This document shows positions 22,079-33,200 of a stretch of 64,000 bases of DNA, in pieces (position 1 is the stretch's first letter; every line of letters starts with the position of its first letter). The stretch is taken from the NCBI GenBank assembly GCA_946965045.2, contig OX337229.1, positions 3,596,001 through 3,660,000 on the forward strand. The letters run 5' to 3'. Made by a program: the position numbers and the translations under genes. The notes below the pieces were generated by a model. It was not told where the DNA came from and made no database searches. It worked only from the letters and a program-made list of their open reading frames with translations. Origin of the DNA: Epithemia pelagica. Its lineage: Eukaryota > Protista > Bacillariophyta.

Positions 22079-22814
22079 GTATCTTTCCTCGACCAATTCC
22101 AAAACATACCACGACTAGAGAGGTTAGAGGTCCGGTGGCCGGTGGTGTTTGCGTTTCTGCGACTGTTTCGAAGATTGTTTCATTTTAGGGTATTGTAGTG
22201 TAGAGGAGAAGATGGAAGATACTCCTTTAACAATTTTTGTCGAGGCACATGCCCACAAGACCAAGACATCTGCAGGCGCGTTGTGCTGTCTTAGACACAC
22301 AGACAACATAGGGGACACGACATGGGATCTACGAGGTTACCTCCATCGACATAATATCCGTAATCCGTATCCATATCGTGTTCCGATTTGCATCTTGTGC
22401 TGTGTTGCGCCATATCAAGCATTGCATCTGCCGTAGAATAAGAATACTAACATCTTTCGCTGCGGCTTTTCTACCCAGTTCCGTCCAACAAAGGGCAAGC
22501 TGCTATTCATATACCTTGTCTCCTTGTGACGAGACACGGTTGGTTTGCTTCGCTTGGTTGACCCGACGACGAGAGGGAGTTGGTTAGATCGATCAAGATC
22601 GACAGGTGCTGTGGCTGACACTTTGGCCGGCCTCCCTCTGTGCAGAAACCAACAAGGTTCTGTCACTCCAGTCCACTTATTCGATACAAGTGACTGTCTG
22701 TCGGAGTTCATTGGTTATTCTTTCACTGAAGAACCGGATCTTATTTCCAAAAAACTAATTTTCTAAAATCCAACGACGAGAGAAGAAACCACCTCCTTCG
22801 TACCAACAACCAAA

Positions 22815-25701
22815 ATGTCGATGCGCAGTCTCAATCGTGGCTATCCGGCCGATGCCGCGTATGCCCAAGAAGCAATTTCGGATGCCATGGTGTTGGATGA
22901 TTCACGCATGTTGGATGCCTACGATGTCAATGAATTTGGTGGAGCAAACCAACAACAATATTCATACGACGAACAAAATACCAATCCAGCGCATCACGAT
23001 TTGGCTCTGTATGACGGACAATCCTCCTCCAATTTGTTGCATCAACAACAAGCCGCACATGGAGGAGGTTTGACCAATGAAGAACTCAAAGATCCCGCAC
23101 GCTTGTTTTCCATTTTGGAAGAAGTTATGCCTCGATACGAAGATGCGGGAGGTCCACAAACCTTGTCAGGTGCCGAATTGCAACAAAAGCGAGAATTGGC
23201 AGAAAATACCTGGGATTTGGTCCGCAAATGGATGCGAGCCAATCCGCAACTGGAACAACGACAAGCGGCGGCCTATGTACGGGGGACGGCCGATGCTACG
23301 CCCTTGCATTTAATGTGCAAACTGCATCATCCACCCGTCGATGTCATTGCCGACATGGTCGAGGCAGCACCGGAAATTGTCTCTTGGACCGATTCGCATG
23401 GGTGGTTGCCCTTGCATCATGCCTGTGCCAATGGAGCCAACCCGGATGTCATGAAAATTTTGGTTCAAGTCTATCCACAGGGCAAGGTGGCTCAAGACAA
23501 CCAACAACGAACGCCCTTGCATTTTTATGCCACGCGAAATTCCGACAATCCTGCCTTTATGACGGAAAATGCACTCTTGTTGACCGATTCCGGTGCACCA
23601 GAATTGACAGACAAGGGTGGTATGTTGCCCATGCATTATGCCTGTGCCTACGGAACCGATACTGTCGTGTTGCAAGTACTGGCCGATGCGTATCCTGAAT
23701 CCTTGACGGCACGGGAAAACAAGGGACGGACGGTACGAATGAGACCAGTCGTAGATGAAAATATGTATGTGTGTGTATGTATACGAGTACTCATGTCTTG
23801 TTCTTCCTTTGTCTGTTTCTTGTTTCGCTTTGGACGAACAGCCCATGCATTTGGCCATGGTCAATGCACATCGTGATTCCACCCCCCATGTGGTGGAATT
23901 CTTGTTGCAACATGCCGAAGGCGTCCAAACGGCCAATACACGAGATTCCGATGGCTATTTGCCCCTCCACCTGTTGGCTCTTGCCCTACGAGGATACCGA
24001 GCCGACGATCCCACCAAACGGAACAATGTTTCCAAATCACTCGCATTGTATTTGAATGCCGAACCCTACGCCGCGGCCGATTTTTTAAATGCCCTCCAAA
24101 CATTACCGGATTGGTTACAAGATACAGCTGTCGTATCACCGCATGTGCGGTATGTCTTGAATGAAAAAATTGTCCAACGATTGCCCACCGCCTTTTTAAT
24201 GATGGACGGGTACATGTTGGTGGTCATAATTGTATGCTTTGGTATGGCCACTGCCAATCACATAGATTTGCGGTACGATAGTACGGCAGAAAATGACACA
24301 CATGGCCAATTGGTCTTTCTCTTTGTGGGAGCCTCCTACTTTTTGTGGCGCGAAGTCATTCAAATTGTCTCTCTGTTAAATTTGGGCAGTTTCTCGTCAT
24401 GGTTTTACGATTCTACCAATTGGTTGGATGTCGGTGTCATTTTTCTCGTCTATTATTACTCGATACTAATGGCTACGGACAGTGCGGGGTTGAGTAATGA
24501 AGCATTTCGATCCGGCGCCGCCTTTACACAAGGCATTTTGTACGTCGATGTCATTGTCTTTCTCAAGTCCACTTACGTCGATTTTGCTGTCTTTGTCAAT
24601 GGTGTCTACTACGTCGTACAACGACTCATTGCCTTTCTAATTGCCGTTGGAGTCATTCTCTTGGCCTTTGCGCAAATGTTCTTCTTTATCTACAAAAACA
24701 CGGAACTCTGTGAGAATCCTGATCCCTCACTCGATCTGGACAGTGGATGCCGATTTCCCCATTGTACCTTTGAAGAATCCTTGCTCAAAGTCTACACCAT
24801 GATGATGGGTATGTATAATGAAATGAATTTGGGCCCTTGTCATTATTATTTGTCCATACTCATCGTTGTTGTCTCCCTTTGCTAACCATTCCTTCTTTCA
24901 GGTGAAATCGGCGACGAAAAACGGTATTCTGTCGGTCCCACTAGTTTGACTGCCCAAATCTTGTATGTGGCCTACGCCTTTTTGGTCGTCATTCTTCTGT
25001 CCAATGTGCTAATTGCCATTGTGACGGACAGTTACGAAATTATTCAAAATGACCGTGCAGCGATTGTCTTTTGGTCCAACCGATTGGACTTTGTGGCCGA
25101 AATGGATGCCATTGTCTTTGGTGCCCAACGTCGCTTGTCCTGTTTTTTCCCCAACAAACACAATTCCAGTCATGCACCCGGAGCTCCAACACATGTTCAA
25201 GAAACTGCGTCGGGGACTCCCGACATTTTGGGAGGACTCGATACGACAGATCGACCAGATGGACAATCGAGAAATATTATGCGGTATGGATGGGCACAAG
25301 TGATGCAATTATTTGATGAAACACTGTACGAAGACATGGATTGGCTCGAAGCATGGGTGTACAACTTTTTTCGTATTTTTTCCATTCTCTTTATTATTCC
25401 CTTTTGGTTTTTAATGGGTGTCGTGACGGTGGGGTTGCTGTGGCCCCCACAAATCCGTGAGGCTTTGTTTGTGCAAAAGGAAACGGGTATTTCCCGAGCC
25501 GAAATTGAACGGCGCAAATTGGAAAAGCTCATTGGGATTCAAAATGACATGAAAGTCTTAAAGCAAGACATAACGCGGGAAATGGAAAATGACCGCGATG
25601 AAATGATGCGCATGAGGGCCGAGGTGGAAGCCGTCCAAACTGAAGTAGTGGCAGATTTACAACAAGTGAAAGAGTTGTTGTCGTCCTTGTTGGGGGAATG
25701 A
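22815..25701 (+). CDS. Ankyrin-repeat TRP-like cation channel (introns 23733-23841, 24809-24901)
   Basis: Repeated ankyrin motifs (WLPLHHACANGA, TPLHFYA, LPMHYACAYG, LPLHLLA), then multiple TM helices, a pore segment LLKVYTMMMG/EIG and the S6-like FLVVILLSNVLIAIVTDSYE; C-terminal coiled coil. Confidence 0.8.
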
Positions 25702-25922
25702 GAGTTTGGTTCATCTCCCACAGTTTAATCTTGCTATTTAGAAACGTCTCTGTTCCATTGCCAAGGAAAATGGCACGATGAATGAGAAAAATTAGTTCAT
25801 TGTTTTTAACAAATAATGGAGTAGGGCCTTCAAGGCCAATGTTCAGTCCACAACAGCACCGGCGAGATCTCATTTTGTCCCGTGCAAGGTCCACATCTAA
25901 CATAGCTACCCGTAGCTGCCAG

Positions 25923-25952
25923 GGACACCTACGAATTTTGTTCCCAGTGGCC
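25923..25952 (+). repeat. Left TIR of Harbinger-like element
   Basis: GGACACCTACGAATTTTGTTCCCAGTGGCC versus the reverse complement of 39639-39668, GGACACCTGTGAAAAATGTTACCACTGGCC. Confidence 0.85.
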
Positions 25953-26138
25953 AGAATGACTGTTTCCTATTATAGGGATAAGGATTTTTAAGCGTTTAAT
26001 TTTACCAATAATTGGCGATTATATGTTTCTGAAGATGCGAACCACACACACTCTATTATTTATTGACATCAGAAACAAGGACATGAATTTGAGTCCACTA
26101 CGACACAGGGGTAAACAATATATTTAATGACTTTGCTA

Positions 26139-26350
26139 GAAACACGAGTGGAAACATATCGCCAAAACTGGAAGCGTGACTGGAAACATCGGAAACAAGT
26201 GGAAACACGACTGGAAACAATGGAAACAAGTGGAAACAAGTGGAAACAAATGGAAACAAATGGAAACAACGTGGAAACAACGGACACACGACTGGAAACT
26301 TTGGGAACATCTTGGAAACAACGGATACACGACTGGAAACATTGGAAACA
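26139..26350 (+). repeat. Left subterminal (T)GGAAACA repeat array
   Basis: Many irregularly spaced copies of TGGAAACA(A) and GACTGGAAAC. Confidence 0.95.
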
Positions 26351-26485
26351 CGAAGAAAGATCTAAAGAAAGATCCTGAGCTTTCTGGCTGAAAAGCACTC
26401 GGATCCTCACGGTATGGGGGCTTTGGGGGAATGATCCTTGGACGTTGACGAGCATTCAACATCGAACACAAAACAATCAACGACA

Positions 26486-27091
26486 ATGGCGAAATCAACG
26501 AGGAAGGGATGGATTGATTGGCGGACCAGTGAGGCAAAGGCCATCATCTTGCGAGACCTAGAGCCTGGTGGTGCCCTCTTCAAGAACAGGGATGCGAAGG
26601 CAGAGGAGGTGTTTGATTTCTACAAGAAAACAAAGCCAGTTCAATTTGCTGACGTCGTTTTCAGTCAGTTCAAAGAACGACTGGCTGATCACATCAAGCA
26701 ATCAAACAAGGAGCGGTGGATGGCTGATCGGGATGCTGCCGCGTATGACAAGGACAGGAGGGTGCATCCACGGAAAGAGAAAAACCAACGTGGGGAGTTG
26801 GTGTATGATGTTCACCCGGCCCGAGAACTCCTACGGATGGATGTGGCGAAAGGGCTACACAATGAGATGAAGCCTCGAGAGCTTCAGTCAACCCGACCGG
26901 AGTACAGATGCTTTAAGGCCAAACCCTTCAAGCATCACATCTACCAAGAAGAAAGCCGCCAGAGGTTTATGAACTACCTCGAGAAGAAACGTGAAGAAAA
27001 AGAGCGTGAAATGGCAAAGCAACGACAAAGCGAGCAACGTAAGAAGAAAAAGAGAGGAGACAACGAGAAAAAGCCTAGTAGTAGTGTCTAA
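26486..27091 (+). CDS. Transposon ORF A, 201-aa basic helical protein of unknown function
   Basis: Clean ORF inside the TIRs, convergent with the transposase; starts WIDWRTSEAKAIILRDLE; K/R-rich C-terminal tail (possible NLS). Confidence 0.7.
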   Translation: MAKSTRKGWIDWRTSEAKAIILRDLEPGGALFKNRDAKAEEVFDFYKKTKPVQFADVVFSQFKERLADHIKQSNKERWMADRDAAAYDKDRRVHPRKEKNQRGELVYDVHPARELLRMDVAKGLHNEMKPRELQSTRPEYRCFKAKPFKHHIYQEESRQRFMNYLEKKREEKEREMAKQRQSEQRKKKKRGDNEKKPSSSV

Positions 27092-27126
27092 ATGAATCTC
27101 ATCCTATTTAGTTATCCATGTTATGT

Positions 27127-28047
27127 CTACGGTTCAAAGAGTATGGCTGTTCCATCGTTCAAAGCGTATTGGATGGTGACAGCAATCGCACGAAAAGCAA
27201 GTCCGTGCTGCTTGTCCGTATGACGCCATGTCTGGCTCATAGTTGCGTAGAAGGCCATCTTTCCGTTGAACGTTTCATGTCGCAGGCGAATCCGACTCTT
27301 CAAGTTATTTACAAGCTTCGAGTCTTGTTGTGGGTTTGGCCATGCTATCTTGTGCGCGAACTGCTCTTTGATATACCCGCGATCACAATTGGCCAGTTTA
27401 CCGGGCACGAGTCGATTCAGGATGCCCGAGCGCTCCAGCATCTCTTTGTCGCCCATTCCGCCGCGCACCGGACCAAAAATGTGGACGCATTGCTGGCGGT
27501 GCGCACAAAGGGTCACTTGGTACTTGATGCCCCCGTGGGCATGCTTCTGCGTATAATTCTTTCGGTCGTAGGGCAAGCACTCAGTCTTGTGTGGACGTTC
27601 CCAAGTCTTCTTGTCGACACCATCGATCGACACAACGTTCACTTCCGCGTCCGAACGGTCAAGTGCTTTCGGCCAATCAATGACCAGCTTCTCTAGTCCA
27701 GCAATCTTTTGAATCCAGTCCCATAAGTGCTTGCCCCGAGCATAGTCGGTACACATACGGAACCTATCTGCTAGTTGATCACTATTACGCGGGTAGTTCC
27801 ATAGAAAGTAGTGAGAAACTAGAAACATTTTCAAGCCACGTCGTTTTTCCTTTTCAGTCAACTTAGCCTCTTCAATGTCCGTTGTACACAGGGCGTACCA
27901 CTGAGTGGCTAAAGTCAGAGGATGTGCTCCATAGTGCTTCTTAAATTTAATCAGCCGTCTTTCCTTAGTCAATTTCTTGTCATTGTCAATACTAAGAAGA
28001 ATCAACCCAAGGTTGAGCACTTGATCGGGGAGAATCAAATCTGGCAT
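27127..28047 (-). CDS. DDE transposase/nuclease (DDE_Tnp_4, PIF/Harbinger-like), 306 aa
   Basis: Catalytic triad-like motifs SIDGVD, CDRGY and RIRLRHETFNGKM, with YTQKHAHGGIKYQV between them; uninterrupted frame. Confidence 0.85.
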   Translation of the reverse strand: MPDLILPDQVLNLGLILLSIDNDKKLTKERRLIKFKKHYGAHPLTLATQWYALCTTDIEEAKLTEKEKRRGLKMFLVSHYFLWNYPRNSDQLADRFRMCTDYARGKHLWDWIQKIAGLEKLVIDWPKALDRSDAEVNVVSIDGVDKKTWERPHKTECLPYDRKNYTQKHAHGGIKYQVTLCAHRQQCVHIFGPVRGGMGDKEMLERSGILNRLVPGKLANCDRGYIKEQFAHKIAWPNPQQDSKLVNNLKSRIRLRHETFNGKMAFYATMSQTWRHTDKQHGLAFRAIAVTIQYALNDGTAILFEP

Positions 28048-29420
28048 GGCCAAAATGTGAGCGTGGTTTGAGATTTGAGATCTTTTAGAGAAAGAAGAAT
28101 CTTAGGAAAATTCTACCCACTCGGGAAATCAATCCACAATGGCGAATTCATCAAACTTGCCACATACAATTGGGATCCCGAGTTCCCACGCAATCATCCT
28201 ATGTATTCACACAATGCGATCACGAGTTCCCACGCAATCAACCTATGTAATCATAGAGACGATAACAACAAAACAACAATCAAACTTGTTTATTTATCAA
28301 CTGAATGGTCACGAAGCTTTGGCCATTCAGTCTGGCGCCTGACTGGTTGGCGCCTGATTTGTTGGCGCTTTGTTTCGACAGGACGACGGTGGTCAAGGGA
28401 AAACTGGTTGATTGTTGGTGGTCATAAAAATGGCAGAAGAGGAAGCTCCACAAGTCGAAACAAAAGAGCCCCTCTCGTTGGATTTGGAAACAACCAAGTG
28501 CCTTATCACCGACTTCGAGGAATCCGACCAGCCGAGATCATCCTTCGATCTCTTGGGTTTGTGTAACAACAACCCTGCGGACTACGGCTTCGAAGGAACG
28601 AAGCTACGCAGGAAAGTGCAATTGCGCTGGTCGAAGCTCAAGCGGAAGACAGTTGATTGCTACGTGAGGTACCTTGAGCGCCTCGATATCCAACTCAGCC
28701 GCAAGACAAGAAAAGAGCTCCAAGATTACCAACAGAGGAAAATGGTGAAGACGCGCAACGGAAGCGGATCCGACGACCGCTCTCAGGCCGATGATGACTC
28801 GACCTTCCCCCCAATCCATGGTGACCCTTACAATGAAGACCAAGATGCGGCGTCTTTTCACAATGGCGACGACGACGACGATGACGACGATGACGACCGA
28901 AAGCCACCAGCTGCTATCCCCTACTATGGCACCCCTTCGCACACTGAAAAGAAGAAGACTCCAAGTTGCGGCGTGAGATATGGACGAGGAGATGGTGGAC
29001 ACACTCGTGGTGACTTACCTCCTGCGGCTTCGGCTGCGGCTGCGATGTTTGCGAGCCCTCCTCAGGTTGCCCATGATCCGCCCGTTCATGGGCAACACGT
29101 CTTCGGCCGAGTTTCTCCCATGGTTCCCATGCCTCGTATGGCTCGTGCATTCCATCCTCCTCATCGTGTCCAGAATCTCCCCGCCTTTGGCTACCCCCTT
29201 TTGCTCTTGGCAGAACAGGATGGTACGGTGAAGCGTCCGTGGGTTGTGATTGTGAGTGGTCTGCCTGAACGCAACCGCGATTTCGACATCCAGTTTGTGG
29301 AAGGAATCACTCAAGATGATATCTTCTCGCGGAATGGATTCCATGTCCGTCGGGCCGTCGCCGGTCCTGATTTCTACTTATGGGAGGCAACAATCCCGGA
29401 TCATGAGCAGTTCGGATTGG

Positions 29421-30203
29421 TGTTACAATTCTTTCTGAATCGTAGGGACATTGATGCTCGGTAGAGCAGACAATCAGGTAGGTCACCAACCGATACAAGC
29501 TTCTCAGGGTCAGAGAAGCAAGCAAGTCGAAGTCTATCAGAAGGATAGTCGGGACACAAAAGAGGATGTGATAAATGGTGATATTGTTAGATTGTGTGTT
29601 GATTACTACGATAGGTCTACGTGAAATGTTCGGTCCTGCCAAGGGTCATGTATCATAGGTTCTTGGCGGCAACAGGTTTGGAATAGTTGGAGTTGATTCA
29701 TGTGATGTATATGACATGTATATGTGGGCGGATAACATATACAGGGTCAACAGCTCTTGCTTTGGGTTGGCATAGTTGTTTTCATGGCGCGCAGCTTGTT
29801 GACAATTTGGAGATTGTGGGAATGGAAATATGGTCTCGCGTGATCGTGTGTCGTGCTTGGGATACTTAGACCGTTGGATCGGATAGATGCCGATAGCGCT
29901 CGGATGTCGCTTGGGCGCGCTCGACGATTTCGGGCGCGTACGCTTAGGGCGTTAGTATAGTGGCCGAGCAACGGCCAAATTTACGTCCGTTGTAATACCG
30001 CACGACCCAGTTTAGTCTTGAGAGTGAGTTTGTCAATCTATTCTCACTTTTCATGATTTGCGAAGAAATATAGGTCGATATAGCGCGAAGCTAGGAAACA
30101 TAGCTCGAAGCTAGAGGGCATGATGCGATAGCACGAGGCTATGTGACATGGGGAATCGATGAGATGTAGAATCTAACCACCATAGACGGTGAGAATTCTA
30201 ACA
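29421..30203 (-). repeat. 3' LTR of Copia element 1
   Basis: Direct repeat of 37022-37804; no difference found on reading by eye. Confidence 0.97.
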
Positions 30204-33200
30204 CTCCCCACAACTCGTCGTTTCAGCCTTGTCATCATTGGATTTGTTGAGGTCTTGAACTTCTCCTTTCCAAAACAACAATGGCTTGAGCATGGGCCAG
30301 ATAGATACGAAATCCCAATGTTTGCTAAGGATATCGGCGGGGTTGGTCTTTCCATCTTTCCAGTAGAATGCAACATACTTTGCTGCGATGGCTTCACGAA
30401 CTCGGTGGTATGACAGAAGATGGTGTCTCTTGGATAGTATGGAATGAGGAACGGTTGCATTGAGCACAACAGATCTGTTATCTCCGTACATGTAACTTCG
30501 CTCTCGGATAGGTACTCCAAGGTAGCGGAGAGAATGTCGTAATTCTGTAATCTGATCTATTGCTGTCCTTGCAGCCACGAACTCGGATCCATAGGTAGCA
30601 GTTTCCACTGTGCTCTGTCTCTTGCTGTACCAATCAATAGGCGTTCCGTTCAACAAATGTAGAACAGCAGTGACGGATTTACCAGTGACTATGTCATGCA
30701 TGAGATTGGCATCAACATAATGAGTTGTAGTAACATAGCGGCCAAGAGGTGTTGGGCAGTCTTCAGGAATACGTTCACTTGCATTCGAATAGACAGTGCG
30801 AGTCCAATCAAATTCTTGGGTAGGAAGACTTGAATAATCAGGCTCTCCAATCCTAAATCTGATTGCGCCTTCTGGGAGATGTGCAAGGTATCCATAGATA
30901 CGCTTGGCTCTATCAAGATGTCCTTTCCTCGGAGCAGCACGAAAGCGTGATAGCGTCATTGTAGCGGTGAAGACGTCGAAACGACCAATAGTGATCACCC
31001 ATTGAAGTTGTCCAATCAGAGTTTGGAAATGGTTAGTACCTTCTTCATCAAGGAGCTCAGAATCGTCCAATTCAGGATGGTCTCCTCCAATAAGAGGTGT
31101 TTTGGCTTTCTTGGGTTTCTCCTTGAAGATTCGTTCGAAAGTGTCCATCATCTTACCAATGTAGCGTCTTGGATCTGCTACTAATGTTCCATCAGAATCC
31201 TTGGTGTAACAACATCCCAAGTGGAAATCAATAGGTCCATCTCCTTTGAGTTTGAAGTTGTATTTCTCCTTCAGGATCTTGCAGATATTCCCAGGATCAG
31301 TAGAAATAATGGCTAAGTCATCAACGTATACGGCAATGTATTCGTAACAGTCTTCTCCAGGTGCCTTCCTCATCCAGATATCCGGATCTGCTTTGCTTGG
31401 TGAAAATCCCATGTCTGTCAAAACATCGAATAAGACATCATGCCAGCGTGCGCCTGATGACTTCAATCCATAAAGTGCCTTGTATATAATCAGGATGTGA
31501 CCTTCTAATTCCTTGAATTCAGGTCCTGCGACAATGAAAAGTTTCTCCCCTGTCAAGGCTTCCAGATATGCGTTTCCAATATCTGCTCCCCATATTTCCA
31601 AGTCATTCAAAGTACCCAGGAATAAGGCAATGCGGAGGTTGCGAATGGAAACAACACCTGAATAGATTGTCTCAACAGGTTCTTTTGTGAGATGTCCATC
31701 TGCGACAAGTCTTGCTTTATGTCGTCCATCATGTTTTACGTCAAAGACAAGATGTACACGTATCTTATGATATCCTTCAGGTGCATTGGATACTTTCCCT
31801 TTAATGAAGATGGCTTTCCCAAAATCCTTGAATGTCTTGTAGGACTGGATCTGTGACAATTCTAATTCTGTTGCATCTTGCCACTTTGTGTTGCCATGTT
31901 GTTTATCAAGAGCGACAGCTTCCTCATAATTGCGTGGTACTTGGAATCCAAACTTATACTTGACGGAATGGTGAACTTGTTTAATCCTTGACTGTTTGGC
32001 TGCTCGAATGAGACGTTTGCTTGTTTTGACATAACGTTTCAAATGCTTCCATCCAGGTTCGTTGAGTAAATCATGTTTCTTTCCATAAATTGCTACAGTG
32101 ATCGGATCATCATTGGCGATGAGTGATAAAGGTTCATAGGTAGTCTCCCCAGTTTCCCAATCAACAAGCAAATTATATTTGCTCCCCTTGTAATCTGGAT
32201 CAGTTGTGTTCAGTGGGCCTTGATGGGCAATGACGTCCCTGAACCTGAAAAGATTATCTCCAGAGGTTTGAGCTTGGTTATCTCGTTCGATATACTCCAT
32301 GAGTTGATTATAGGATATCATCTCATCAACATCAGAATTTGTCTTTCGGTAGATATACTTGACACGTTCTTCCTGTTTCGTTGCTTCTTCATTAAGATCA
32401 ATGACTCGTTTGATGACACGTGCACGGTGTCGCTCCCCATTTTCTTCTGTGTCGCATAGGAATGTGCGTCCTATCATGTCGTCAAAATCGATCGTGGGCA
32501 TTGGTTTGGATGGATCTTCACTATCACTGCGAATGAAGACAGTGTCAGCTTGCTTATCATTGTCATCCTTCTCAGACGAATCCTCCCCTGAAGGTCGATC
32601 CACACGTAGGTTAGGTGTAGTGGATTCAACACGGCGAACGGCAGAACGGTAGATGATCTGGTTATCCTGGGTGAGAATCTTCCAAGTAAAAGAATCACCA
32701 ACGTTGTGAGCAAAACCAACCCAGTGGCCAAGTTTCTCATCAGAAGAAGATGGATATGAACCGGAATTGGGTTCAGCGGGGTCGACACGATAGTAAACCT
32801 CATCCCAGAAAGGAAAGAACAAGAGATGAGTAATGTCGGGTGGGCGTCCGGAGAGAGCCTCAAGAGGAGTGCGACCGGAGTGGGTGGGTGATGACGTATG
32901 GTTCAATAAGTCACAGACATACTCAAGGCAAAGAAGCCAGGTGTTGGCAGGGCAACCAGTGGCATTCATGAGAGCGTTGGTCATACGTTTAACGGTCTGG
33001 TAACGGTTTTCAGCCTTATTCTGGTGTTGATGATAAGGTTCGGATCGATACTCCCCAATAAGCAAAGTGCGAAGAATGTCTTTAACCTTTTGAGAGATGA
33101 GAGATGAACCACCATCACTGATAAGAGTCTCCATGGCACCACGAAACCGGATGTTGTCCTGAAGAGTATTGACAAACTGTTTGGTTGACTTGATCCCATA

